Positions 11,863-24,800 of a stretch of DNA of 55,219 bases are shown here, piece after piece (the stretch's first letter is position 1; each line of letters opens with the position of its first letter). Made by a program: the position numbers and the translations under genes. The stretch lies in the IMG/VR virus record IMGVR_UViG_3300035498_000616; one strand, 5' to 3'. Under the pieces are notes generated by a model, which worked only from the letters and a program-made list of their open reading frames with translations, did not search any database and had not been told where the DNA came from. Source of the DNA: an uncultured virus (IMG/VR IMGVR_UViG_3300035498_000616) (Duplodnaviria; Heunggongvirae; Uroviricota; Caudoviricetes).

Positions 11863-11922
11863 ATCGCCAATCTTAAATACGTATGCTATAATTAAATAAC
11901 ATAAATATTTAAGATTGGCGAT
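11863..11922. repeat. 17-bp perfect inverted repeat (terminator or operator)
   Basis: ATCGCCAATCTTAAATA (11863-11879) / TATTTAAGATTGGCGAT (11906-11922). Confidence 0.8.
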
Positions 11923-11925
11923 CAA

Positions 11926-12213
11926 TCACTTATTACTAATTGCGTCTAATTCAGACTTAAACCAATATAATTCTTTAAAACCATCTTGTTTATGTCCTTT
12001 TGGAATAAATCCATCATGAACATGATTATCAAAAGTTGCTCTACTTATTCCTAAATAATCACAAGCTTGACGTTTACTCATTCGCTAATCTTTATCAACC
12101 ATAGTGTTAATAAACTGAATGATTTTCATTTGTTCAGCTTCGGTTAAATTTGAATTTCCAGAATCAATATCATCAACTAATTGCTTTAGCTAATTTCTTA
12201 TTATATTCAGCAT
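11926..12213 (-). CDS. Excisionase/MerR-like helix-turn-helix DNA-binding protein, 95 aa (TAG=Gln)
   Basis: ...MSKRQACDYLGISRATFDNHVHDGFIPKG... HTH signature; two in-frame TAG. Confidence 0.75.
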
Positions 12214-12607
12214 AGATATAATATATTATGAATAATCCAGCAAGTATTAAATATAATCTTAGCATATTTAGATCTGTCAAAGAAATTTTAAATATTGAAT
12301 CATAAATTCCTATTAAATTAATAGCTGTAATATAATACAAAGGAACTCTATAAATATTACAGAAATTAAATATATATGACATTAGATATAAAAAGAAAAG
12401 AAGCATAAAAGATACTCCAAATACATAACTTAAATATTCACAATGAACATTGTAATAATTCAAGAATGTAAATATTATCTCGTTTATTGCGAGAATTATA
12501 GGAGTATATTTTATGCTTCTTAAAAATATTTTATACAGTCTTTTATTTACCGCCTTTTTTAACCTTTCCTCCACACTTAATGCCGATTTTAGGAGCGGAA
12601 CAACCAC
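12173..12607 (-). CDS. Multi-pass membrane protein (start uncertain)
   Basis: Track ORF with about four hydrophobic segments. Confidence 0.6.
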   Translation of the reverse strand: MVVPLLKSALSVEERLKKAVNKRLYKIFLRSIKYTPIILAINEIIFTFLNYYNVHCEYLSYVFGVSFMLLFFLYLMSYIFNFCNIYRVPLYYITAINLIGIYDSIFKISLTDLNMLRLYLILAGLFIIYYIYAEYNKKLAKAIS

Positions 12608-12625
12608 GTCTTCCCATAGTAATTA

Positions 12626-12895
12626 TTATTTTTCAAATTTAGATTTAACTTCATCTACGATAGAAATAACAGCGTCTGTCATTTTAGCAATATCAGTTAC
12701 ATTGTTGTAATTAACCTGATATTTGTCACCGAGAATCTTAATCCAAGCTGATGTGGAATTATCTAATTCGTTCTCAACATTGAACGAAATAGTAATTTCA
12801 TCAGCTGCATTATACTCTACTGTTCCATTAATAGTCTCACCAGTTGATAATTCACTGGTAAGACTGTAACTCTCATAATTTTTAGTAATTGTCAT
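12626..12895 (-). CDS. Hypothetical protein, 89 aa
   Basis: Track ORF; ATGA overlap with the upstream gene. Confidence 0.65.
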   Translation of the reverse strand: MTITKNYESYSLTSELSTGETINGTVEYNAADEITISFNVENELDNSTSAWIKILGDKYQVNYNNVTDIAKMTDAVISIVDEVKSKFEK

Positions 12896-13341
12896 ACAAA
12901 TAAATTATAAAGATTTTCCATTAAATCAATGGATGTAATCTTATATCCATTAATATCGAAAGTTTCGTCTGTTGAATTTACATCGAGCAAATCAGCATAC
13001 TCTTCTTCTGTGAATTTATCATCAGGAACATCAACTTCTTCTTTACCTTTTTGAGCAAGATACTCTTGATATTCAGAATTTGCTTTATCATTAAGCTCAT
13101 TAAATCTTGTTTCTTCTTCAGGAGTTCTATCAGTTTTCTGACTTAACTCTGATAATTCTGTCGGAACAAGTTCCTTAATCATTTCACTATTATCTGAATC
13201 AAATTGCGCTCTAATTTTATTATACGCAATTCTCATTCTCATTAATTTAACCTTCAATGTTTTAGAAAGTTCTTTACCGTCACGACTAAGTGTTAACTTA
13301 CTTAATACGGTTTGTCTAATTAAAGCATCGTTCAAAATCAT
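12892..13341 (-). CDS. Hypothetical acidic helical protein, 149 aa
   Basis: Track ORF, intact. Confidence 0.7.
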   Translation of the reverse strand: MILNDALIRQTVLSKLTLSRDGKELSKTLKVKLMRMRIAYNKIRAQFDSDNSEMIKELVPTELSELSQKTDRTPEEETRFNELNDKANSEYQEYLAQKGKEEVDVPDDKFTEEEYADLLDVNSTDETFDINGYKITSIDLMENLYNLFV

Positions 13342-13410
13342 ACTCTTCTATTTTTACAAATCAATAATATATAGAAATTACAACAAATACAAGTTAAAAA
13401 TTGTTAAATA

Positions 13411-16400
13411 TTATGTAAACCACATAAATGAGAACGAATAAGGTGTTGATGAATCTTGTGAATAAATATCATAAACACTTAATGTTCTACCACTAAACTA
13501 TAATATTACACCTCGGTTCTTCTCGCTAGATCCAACATGAACTATGTGTGAATATTGTGTTGTGCTGCAATAAGGAGCATTACTAGAAATATATCCTAAA
13601 GAAGTTGAACTACCGCTACCACTTGCTATATAAACCCATCCATACAATATTGTAATTCTACCAAATGTAAAACATTTTACAGATTTATTAGAACTATAAT
13701 ATTTATACGTACTAGAACTAGAAGTTGCATAACTTGTATATGTCCATTCAATGTTAATAATTGCTGTTGGAACTCCAGCGTTTAAATAAATAGGAACGTT
13801 TGCAGCTCCAGTTGTCGAAGAATACTAACTAATAGTAGTTGCAGAACTATAATATGCAAGTCTATCAACATAACCAGAATTAACAGTTGCATTCAGAGAA
13901 TATGTCATTGCGCTTAATTGGTTACCATTGAAGAAAACTCCTTTTGTAAAAGTCCCTACTGAACCATCAGCTGCAATCAAAGTTCCATCAGAGTTAGGTA
14001 AAGTTAAAGTGTGATCAATATCAGAATCATCACCTGTGTAACTTCTAACAATTGAAGTTCTAACTGTTCCAGTTTCGGCATGTTCTCCGACAAAATCAAC
14101 TCCGTTATATAAATATAACACTCCTCCAATACCAGCATAACTACTAACATTTAAATCTTTAGCAATTGAAACTCCTCCTCCAGAACTAATTGTCATTTGT
14201 GTAGTATGTGCTGTTCCTGTGCGTAAATATATATTATATCCGTCAATATATGTAGATAATGATTTTACGGAAGTTCCATATCCAACAACAGTTGAATCTG
14301 AATTAGCTGCAAAACATTCAACTCCATTTGTATTTAATATAGTTCCTGAAGTAGCAGTAAGCTGTAAATTATTAGCAACTAAAGTTCCGCTAAAATAACC
14401 ATTTTTATATTTATAACTAGAAGTACCTAAATCAAAACTATTATTAGTATAAGGTCTTACAATTTGTGTAATTAACCCTCCAACTAATGTTCCACCTGCT
14501 TTAAGTAAATAGGCATCAGGATCAACTTTAGTACTATTACTATATAAATATCCACCGTTAGCGTAACATTTAGCATTACTATATGTTTGCGCATAAGTAG
14601 TTTGTGAAGTTGCTCCTACTAAATAAATAGTAGAATCAGTAGCAGAACTACCAGCAGTGTTAACTGTATTAGTATAAGAAGTTAATACTTTAGAACCACC
14701 TGAATATAAACAGTTATCTGTTCCAACATAACAATAAGCATTACTGTAAGTAGTTACACCAGTTGAAGTATTTGCTCCTTGTGAAGTTGCTCCAATTAAA
14801 AATAACTTAGCTCCAGTAGATGCTGAACTAGAAGTTTTATAATCAGTGTTAGGATTAGAAGGCATTGTCACATTAAATGTTTTACCTCCAATCGTACCAA
14901 TAGAACTTGTTCCTCCAAAACTTAAAGTAGGATTATTCGGAGTAAATGTATATGTGGTATCAGTTGCACTAATTACTAAATCTCCACTGGTATTTTTAGT
15001 AATTCCAACATTTGTTCCAGCACTAATATTTAATGTCTAAGCTGTACTACCGTTAAATGTCCATAACTATGTTCCATTGTATTTAACAGTTAATGAACTA
15101 TTAACACAATTAGCTGAATTAGCAGAACCTCCAGCACTTGATGATCCAGCATAGCTATGAGTATGAGAAGCAGTAGCACAGTAACTAGTATAATTATTAG
15201 TATCTAATATTTTATACCATCCATAATTAGTACCATAGCGTACTTGTCTCCACCATACTCCTCCTACATCGTTTAAAGGAATAGCAATATCAGCAAAATA
15301 TCCTGCGCTATTTCCGTGATTCATTCTAAGTATATGATACCAAGCAGAAGTTGGAGTAACATTAGAATTAGCAGTAGTTCCAGCAGTTCCATTAATATTA
15401 AAATAATTTAATCCGCTTGCTCCATAAGTTAACGAAGTATTAGTGTTTAACCAATTAGAAGAAGAAGATGTACCAGTTAATGTTGCTTTAATAGTAGACG
15501 GAAGTTTTAAAGTAGCATTAGCACTACCATTAACACTAACAGCAGTTCCTGTATTTGTTCCATCACTATCAGCAATATAAATACTTCTAGCAGTTCCCCA
15601 ATTAGCCGTAGTAATATTAGCTGAACCATTAAAATTAGTTCCGTTAATAGTTCTAGTAGTTTCTAAAGTAGTTGCTGTAGAAGCGTTTCCTGCTAAATTT
15701 CCACTAAATACAGTAGCGTATAAATAACCTGTACTAGGATTAATATAGAAATTAGAACTTTTATATAACTAATTTCCTGTAACTGTACTAGTATTTACTT
15801 GATTACTCCATACTAACGGATATTTGGTATTATTAATGTTATGATAATTAACTATTACACTAGTTGCCGAAGCTGCGTTACCAGTACAAGATGCAGAAGA
15901 ACCAGTAATAGAAATTCCCCAAGTACCGCTTGCTCCAGTTCCAGTTTTTGTTGGAACTAATGTGGTATAATTTGCATCAGTTAAAAAATATCTCCAAGCT
16001 CCAGAAGTTCTATTTGAATCAACAGTTTTTCTAAAATAAAGATATGCGGTATCAGCATACGAAGTTTTTAACTATAATGCTGATGTAGAACCAGTTCCAG
16101 CAAAATTAATAAATAATTCTGTGCTACTACTACGACCAATACTGTATGTTCCAGATTGATAATTAGCATAATCAGAACTATTAGCGGTAGTTAAATCATT
16201 ATCAATATATGCTGTTGGGATACTTCCTACATTTGTTCTAAACAAAGATGTAGAATGATAACCATCTAACATATCTGCATTTAGATTAGTATTAACTGTA
16301 CCGTTATTTATCGCTGCGTTTCCTGAAGCATTTCCAAAACTATAACTACAAGCTACTGGTTTTCCTCCACTAAAATAAATTGGTAAAGTAGCACTACCCG

Positions 16401-18507
16401 CATCTGTAGTTAATGCTGTAGCTGTTGACGCATTTCCACTTAAAGCACCACTAAATGTTGGAGCAGTAACAGTTCCTGGAAAACTAGTATTACCATTAGC
16501 ATCTAATATTGTAGCAGTTCTTTTTACTGCTGTAAATACACCAGTGTACTGTCTTATATAGATAGGTTCAGAACCATCATCAGCGGTAGCTAATTCTACA
16601 TATCCTGAATTAGTAGCTGTTCCACCTACTTGTAAACGGAAATAGTCATCGTCTGCTATAAGACCATAAAGTATATTTCTAACATTACTTCCTGTTAGAT
16701 TAGCAAATGTAATAGTACCAGTCATAGTCCCTCCAGACAATGGGAGGTAGGCATCTAAATCGCTGACATAAGAGAGCGTTTCCCATGCGGTTGAAGTATC
16801 TATTTTCGTCCTGTAATAGATACGTCCGCTGCTAGAGAATCCAAGCTGAGATTGCGCAGTCGCGTTATATCCGTATCGGTCCAGAGACAATATACTATTT
16901 GCATTGGTTGTGGTATAGAACAAACCAGTGGTACCTTGTAAAACACACGTATCATAGCGCAAGCAACCAGCAGAGGGAGTTTTCAGCATACCATTATTGA
17001 CGCCGCCTTTAATCTGTCCTTCGAATGCAGCACCATAGACCGTGCCGGAGAAATATCCATCCTTGTAAAGGAGAGATGAAGTTCCGAGGTCGTAGGTGGA
17101 AGTGGTGCTCGGGATAATCGCGTTTGAAGTGAGTGTGCCTGTCATAGTTCCTCCAGCAAGCGGGAGATAATCATGTGTATGACTAGCTGCGGCTGCACCT
17201 ACATTACTATAAGTAAGATTAGCGGTGAGAGCCGAACTACCATCATAAGTAACTAATGTAGTTCCGTTTGCTTGAATCGTTAAAGCATTTGGGTTCTTTA
17301 ATGAAGTTGGTATATCACTAGTAAGAGCTAAAGTACCACTAGCAGTTGGTAAATATACTGCAAGATTAGATGCTACATTTTGGGTAATTAATTTTGTATA
17401 ATAACTTGAATTACTATAATTATAGAACACCAAATTAGTTTGTCCGTTAGCACCCTTTAATCCTAAGCCGCCAGCTATATCACAATCTCCAATATAAACA
17501 TCGTCGCCAACTAAATTCCAAGTAGCATTCTTGAAATTCAAAGCTCCCGTCATCGTGCCTCCTGCTAAAGGAAGATAACTCAAACTGGGAATATCAGCAG
17601 CGGCTAACGTTTTAGTTGTTACACCAGTAACATGACCTAATGTATTAACTACAATTCCTGATATTACTAAACCATTAGCATTAGTAACACTAATGGCGTT
17701 TTGAGTTGGGTGCGTATATACAGTATTTACCCAAGGTACATTAACAAAACCTCGACCATTACTATCCATTTCTAAAGCATAATATCTACCTGCTGTAGTA
17801 GAAATAGCATTAACGGCAACTGCTGTAGCATCACTACCTGCTGTTGGACCAGTTGATGCTGCTGTGTGATTATACCAAGGTTTAATTAAACCTAAATAAG
17901 TATTAGTTGCTACAGAATATGTAGTATTATTATCTGCTGGCAATGTATAAGTAATATAACCTCCAGCAGTTATATGTCCGTAAGCATCGACTTTATAATT
18001 TGGAACAACAAATGTTCCTGAATGTGATAAAGTAGCGTTAGCTGTTGGTCCATAAGTTCCAGCAGTAACACCACTTGTATTGTGATTAAAAGTAGTTCCT
18101 GATAATGTTAAATAATTACCAGCACTATATGTTGTGGGAATCGCCCATGTGGAATCTCCACGCAAAAAATAATTTTGTTTTCCAGCAGCGGGGGCAGGTA
18201 CTAAACCCGTAGTACCTGCTGCTGAACTAGTTGCGCCTGTAAAGACGCTATATGGAACTACCCAACTTCCATCTTCGCGTAAATATCTAATAGAAGTTGT
18301 AGTGTAAGAAGGAATTGGCACTAACCCTGTATAACCTCCACCACTTGTGGATGTATGTTTCTTAAACACACTGTACGTTGTGTCAGTACCCTTAAATTTA
18401 ATTCCTCGTGCGTAAATTGATAGTCCACTTAAATCGAAGGTTATATCATTATTACTAGGAGCAGCTGTTAAGGCTGCGCTAGTAGTAGGGTTATATGCTA
18501 TTTTCAT
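13411..18507 (-). CDS. Long tail fibre protein, 1698 aa (TAG=Gln)
   Basis: Track ORFs 16072..18507, 15067..15324 and 13825..14871 share one frame, joined via TAG, ending at TAA 13411; Gly/Ser/Thr-rich with fibre motifs (YLPLAGGTMTG repeats, HTH metal knots, NADMLDGYH, GLVPAPAAG). Confidence 0.85.
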
Positions 18508-19940
18508 GCAGTTTCGTATTCTTTTGTGCTAATATTATACCAACTCAATCCAAAACTAATGTCTTGAATATCGTCGCCATTGGAATCTGTCTTTAAATAA
18601 ACATCTCCGCTAGGAACGAAATTAACAGCTTTCTCACCAATTGAAGTTCCACCTACTTGTACATCTCTCCAAGAAGAACTAATAGTAAATGTACCGTTAG
18701 GATAACTTGTACTTGTGCTAGTAGAATAACCAACAGTTGTATGATCACCTCCTATTAATGTAACAGATGAAGCAACGGTTCTAGAAGTTTTATTAGTTCC
18801 ATAAATTAAAGCAAACCCAGCATTATTTGTACTATTTGCAAATTCAAATTTAGCACTACTAAGATATTCAGTTATATTAAGAATCTGAGAAGTATCAACA
18901 TACAACTTACCAGAATCATCAATAGCTAAATAATCACCAACTTTAATACCACCCAAAGTAGTGCTTGTTGCAGTTTTTAATGCCATTACTGAACTTGCAG
19001 AACCATCATAAGATGTAGTAGAAAGAGTTAATCCATCACCAGCTGTTAACGCTTGTTTAACTGAACCTGCAACAATACTTCCTGAAAGTACAGCGGATCT
19101 AGTAGTTCCGCCAACTGTGATAGACAATGTACCATCACTAGCAAGAGTAACAGCAGTTAACAATTTCTGTTTAGCAGCATCAGTAATATCTCCAGCTGTA
19201 ATACTAGATTGATTCATCCAACTTAAACCACTACCTGTAGTCGATAATACTTGACCAGCACTACCTAATGATGTAGGAGCATAAATTGAAAAACTTGAAC
19301 CTAAGTTAGGAGAATAAACTGAATAACTAGTTCCATTAATTGTGTGTGATACTGTACCATTAATATTAGTCTGTACAATAGTCCAATAATCAGCACTATT
19401 TAACAAATCACCAGATCCATCTTTAATACAAACTAATAAATCACCGTTTTCACATACACTACCCGCATATGTTCCGCCAGTAATTACACGATAAGTATCA
19501 CCAATTTTACAAGATGTAGGAAATGCACCTGTACCAGATTCAGTAACAGTTACATAAGCACCACTTGCAATTGAAATGGTGCCTTTGTATCGCATTGCGT
19601 CACTAGCTGCAATATTATTGCCTACATAATCAATAATATCTTTAATTGACGCAATTGACGTAGAAGTTGTGCCGCTAGTAATAGCGTTTGCAAACGAAGA
19701 AATAGGAAGATCACTTGTTGTAATTACTGACCAAGTTCCATTTCCGCGTAATATTTCCGTTGAACTTCCTGTAGATCCAGGAACGACACCTCTTTGACCT
19801 GCGCCAAACTAAGCTAAATAGTCGACTCCGTGAGTAATAATATGTCCATCGCCAGTAAAAATCAATTTATATAAATCATCAGATGATGTTAAATATTTTG
19901 ATGCTTCGGCGTAGGTCTTTGAAAAATTAAGTAAACTCAT
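18504..19940 (-). CDS. Tail fibre/structural protein, 478 aa (TAG=Gln)
   Basis: MSLLNFSKTY...IFTGDGHIITHGVDY...; extends track ORF 18504..19595 through TAGs; ATSTTLGGIKVG fibre motif. Confidence 0.75.
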
Positions 19941-20347
19941 ACATTATTCCATTTTAATTGGATCTTATCATTCTAAACTTCAAAATCATCCCCTAGATCC
20001 AAAACGGTTGTGTTATTTCCATCGTAAGCTTTATATTCTTCTCCATCAATAGCAATGTACAGTTTCTCGGTCGGTTTAGATTCTGTAATATGACCATTTG
20101 AATCATAAGCAATTATTTTAGCTGACAACGAATCAGGAGTAATTTCATTTGTATGCTTTAATAATAAAGTTCCGTTGTTAGTTTTAAGTCTAGTTAAATC
20201 AGATGATGTTGCTATATCTTCTATCTTCTATTCAAGTGCTTCACTTAATAGTATTATCGTACCATCCTTTTTGACTAATACAGCGTCTGCTGAAGTCTAA
20301 GGAAAGAAGATTTGACTGTTCTGTTTTAACTATTTAATTTGTGTCAT
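19937..20347 (-). CDS. Tail-associated protein, 136 aa (TAG=Gln)
   Basis: MTQIK(TAG)LKQNSQIFFP(TAG)TSADAV...YDSNGHIT; ATGA overlap with the downstream gene. Confidence 0.65.
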
Positions 20348-20355
20348 TCGATAGA

Positions 20356-20973
20356 TTAGTCATAAAGAGTAGTAGGAATAGTGTAATCTACAGAAACAGA
20401 TTGACCAGAAGAATCAGTTACGTCTACTGCCTAAATGCTTGAAGCAACAAATGAATTAAATGTTTCAGTTGTTACATAACCACTTAAATCAACATCCGAT
20501 GTGATACTTCCAATTTGTTCCCAAATATATGAGCTTCCTGATAGAACACACATATATTCTGCAAATACATTACCTGCTGCTCCGTTAGATGAAGGAATAA
20601 GGTATATAGTATTTTCAGCTGACGCAGACGGATTAGGTAAACTAGTTACAATTTTATAAAGTTCAACTGTACCTACTGTTGCACTAATTACACCATTATC
20701 AGAAATTGTAATTCCTGAACCTGCTGTCAACTTTGTTTGTTTATTATCTAAAACTGAATTAATATTATCAACTGCTTTGTTTAATGTCTCAATATTTGTG
20801 GCATTAACACCAACAATTCCTAATGTAGATCTTAATACTTTATCTAATGTAGTAATTCCTAACGATGTTAATCCTGGAATATTTGACGTATTAACTACAA
20901 CAGCTTCTGATAATGTTATAGGAACAAACTCGGTTCCAGACTAAGTTAATCTTTTAATTAATGTGTTACTCAT
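20356..20973 (-). CDS. Tail-associated protein, 205 aa (TAG=Gln)
   Basis: MSNTLIKRLT(TAG)SGTEFVPITLSEAVV...KQTKLTAGSGITIS...WEQIGS...DLSGY; includes track ORF 20431..20730. Confidence 0.7.
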
Positions 20974-21395
20974 AATGTAAATAAATTGTTAGGAATTTGA
21001 TAATCAACAGATGATTTCATTGTCGAATTAACAAAATCTAAATCACTTATCATCTCCTGTACATCAGATTTTGTAATATTCTCTTTAACGATTTTATCTA
21101 ATGCTTTATTAATTTCTTCCTTACTATAGACACCTAAATTAATTCTAGCCAGATTCTTTTCAGATTCTGTTTTGAACTCTGAAAGATAATTTTCTTTAGA
21201 TAAATGTGTTTTTAATTGTGGTTTCTTACATTCTACATAAGCCTGATTCTTATTATCAAAACCAGTTTCAATTTTATTTAATATGGAATCAGGATTAGCA
21301 GGTTTCTCTTTCTTTGCATTAAATTCAGATAAATCTATAGTAACAGGAGGAACCTCTTTTTTAGGCTCCTCCTATTCTATAACTATTTCAATCAT
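20970..21395 (-). CDS. Hypothetical structural protein, 141 aa (TAG=Gln)
   Basis: MIEIVIE(TAG)EEPK...NYLSEFKTESEKNLARINLGV; ATGA overlaps on both sides. Confidence 0.65.
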
Positions 21396-21883
21396 AATAC
21401 AATTTTATCGGGATAACCAGATGTGAAATCATAATTAATTGCATCATCTACAGTTTTAATATCTTTAACTGCTTGTAAATGTTTATTAGTATTTAAGAAA
21501 CATTGCTAAGAATAAGTTTCGAGATTGATTAAAAATTTTTCAAATTCTTCTTTAGTTAAAGAGATTGTTTCATCTCCAACAACTAAAGAAATTTGATCTA
21601 AATTACATTTTAATAAATTCCACAAACTTGTTCTCTCTTCTTTACTAAACCAATTACTTTTATCATTATGTAAGAACGATTTAGTGGTACTATCATACGA
21701 GTTAATTAAACTCTATAATATTACTAATAAAGTATCTAAAAAGCAAATTCCATCTTTCAATTCTAGAATTTCTTTCCAAGCTGCCAAAGGAAGTTTTAGC
21801 AGCTCGGAATAAGAAAGAAGTTTTTGTAAACTATCAGTTTCATTTATATAAAATGTCTGATTATTATATGTGAACTTAACCAT
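21392..21883 (-). CDS. DUF4376-like putative tail fibre assembly protein, 163 aa (TAG=Gln)
   Basis: C-terminus LETYS(TAG)QCFLNTNKHLQAVKDIKTVDDAINYDFTSGYPDKIVL resembles the DUF4376 pattern. Confidence 0.6.
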
Positions 21884-24800
21884 TCTTAGAATAATTAAAT
21901 TTAGTAAAAGGTAATCCTTTATGTTTAGTTAATCTCCATGCGTTCTAATAAATATTCCAAGATGTATAATAATTAGAACTAGTTCCATTACCAACAATCC
22001 ATTTATCAGTGTAAACAATGTCATTATTATTCCACGTTCCTTCATTCTGATAAGAGTAGTTGTTAGACTATGTGTTATTTACAGTTGTTGGAATATTGTT
22101 AACTCCAGCATTTCCAATAGTATCCTAAACAATAGTTCCAACTACTTCTGTCCAAGCACTAGATGGGAATTTATTACCCATTTGTTTTAATGCTAATGAG
22201 AAAATAGGAATACTTAAATCTGTACTACCTGAAGTTAATGTGGAATCAATATTAGAACGACACATGTAACTTGAATTAAAGTTAGCACCTTTGGCACTAT
22301 AACCACGATAGTAAATAATTCTAGAAAATTCTCCAACAGATGGAGCATACCAGTTACCTTTTAAATACTGATCATTTAATTGTTCATCAGAATTTACAGA
22401 AGGTTGATATAAGTACATTGAATAGAAATACGGATATAATAAACAAGTCATAATATCTGAACTTGAAGCATTAGTATAAATAGTCTAAATAACTTCTAAT
22501 AGTTTAGTTAAGTTATCCTAACTATCAATGCTGTAGGTATATCCATTTGTACTAGATTTTCTAGTAATATAAGCTTTACAACTTGTATAATTGTTATATA
22601 ATACAGGAAGTAAATTTGTATTAACGTGATCAATATATGCAGATGTATCGGTATCTCCGTTAAATGAAGCACTAGTTGAAACATTGTAAGTAGTTACGCT
22701 AATGCTATCAATTAATGTTTGATTAGCAATTCCAGAAATAGTATTGTAATCATTAATAGTATTATTACTTAAGAACTAAGATACCTAATATAACTAAGCA
22801 ATAGTTGAATTAGAACTACCTTGCTGTCCTTCATCGGTATATCCGAGATATACAGAATCATAAGCAAATTCTTTACCAATAATATAAACTGTTCCTGCTG
22901 TATCACTTGTAGTATCTTTAGCGTAAACTAAACCTACAAGTGTTTTACTAGAATCATAAGAACTAGTAAATGTTCCATCTGCATATGCGAAATCTCCAAT
23001 GTTCGGAGCTTTCCAAGCAAAGCTAACTTTTACTGTTTTAGTAATAGGAGTAGAACTGTTTGCTACTTTCATACTAACAGTTACACTACCTGTTGCAGTC
23101 GATTCTTTTTTAAGAGTAATTGCTCCAGTTAATGTATCAATTTCTGCAACATCTTTACTAATTCCACTAATAGAGGAATAAGTAATATTTAAATACCCAG
23201 TAACTTCCGGGTTGAAAGGATTAGTCGCAGAAACAATATCTACATCGTTACCACTAGATACCGTAATTCCAAAGAGATTTTGTCTCGTAATTGTTCCAGA
23301 TTCTCCATTTTGATAATATACTGAAATTTCTGTTGCACAACTAAAATCTATAATTTCTGAAGTTTGATAATAAATTTTGGTTGCAGAATTAGTAATATCA
23401 CCAAATGTATTAACTAATAACTTCTTAGTTTCAAAACTGATATTTTTGAGAGTGGATCCTCCAGCAGTAGTAACAATGTGAATATCTCCAGTTAAAATAC
23501 AATTGTCTGCGTAAATTAATTTCTTTAAAGCATCTTCGGTAATGTAGAGATTTACATTTCTCATTACAACAGATGTTAAATTACAATTAATTAATTGTTC
23601 GCAGAATGAACTTACATCAAAATTTCCAACTTTACTACCTTCAATATAGATATTTCTAAGATTAGAAATTCCTTGAATATCAATACTTTGTAAACTAGGA
23701 TTGTCGTAGATTTTAAGAGATTCAATTGTTTCAGGAAGAATTAAAGTAGTTAATCTACTAGATTGCGGAAGTATAACATTTTTAACTGTAGTATTAGTTA
23801 AATCTACACTTTGCAATTTACTAAATCCTGATAAATCAATCTCGTCAGGTAATGTTAAGTTCTTTAAAGTTAATTCTTTAAGAACTGGTAATGAAGGATT
23901 GAATAAACTTAAACTTAAACTAGGATAATCTGATTCAAAAATATCGTAATTATTTAAATCATCATTATCAATATATAATTTAGTTAATCGTTCAAAGTTA
24001 GCAGTAGAATCAAGTGAACTAGTTTTTAAACCTGTTATGTTTAAGGTTTTGTATAGATTAGTGCTGTAAATTCCCTAGTTAATCGCTGTTGTTTTCTGCT
24101 AAATTGTTCCAACATAAGTATTACCTGCTTTAGTTAATCTCTTAACAGCATCAAATTCAGAATCATTAAATTCTCCTAAATAATAAGTAGTTTCCCATTT
24201 ATAATTAGGATAAAAATCTTGATAAGGCTCAAATTCCATTCTTAAAGTTAATGATTGTCCACTACCAGCAGAACTACCAGTTGGCATCGGAGAACCTAAA
24301 TTAACTTGTGCGTAAGTACACAAGAACGGAAGTCGTTTATTCATAAATTGTTTCTCACCTTCCAAACAAGATCCATGGCTCTATTCAATAGGAGCAATTT
24401 CATTGTTTGTGTAGTATGATAAAACATTAGAGTTCTTAACAAACTGCGCATTTTCATAATAAATCTGTGCAGTGTGATTATATGCAATTGCTGGGAATCC
24501 TTCTTGAACTCCGAAGAAATTCTTATAGAAATAATTGGTAGTATCGTTAACATCAATTGATTGATTGTAAGCTGTACTAATAATATTCTGTAATTGAGTT
24601 TTCACATTTGATTCAAAACATTGATCAAACATATAGAAGAAAATATTATTAGCGTCACCCCAATAATCAGCTGTAGTTTCATCGAATGACGGCTCTAACA
24701 AATTATACGGTTTACTTTGTAATCCATTATTATCTGTTTTAAGCACTGTATCCAAGTCATCTGAAATTAAATAGATCTTACCATTAATAACTAAAAAGTA

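Noticed and set aside
13361..13410. Shared promoter motif across intergenic gaps (TCAATAATATA at 13361 and 44801; TTAAAAAWTGTTAA at 13394 and ~47370)
   Set aside because: The matches are AT-rich with inconsistent spacing and cannot be separated from chance without motif statistics or TSS data.
21876..22451. Second DGR variable repeat at the end of the giant protein (or of the 13411 tail fibre)
   Set aside because: I found no nucleotide similarity to the TR in either 3' end.
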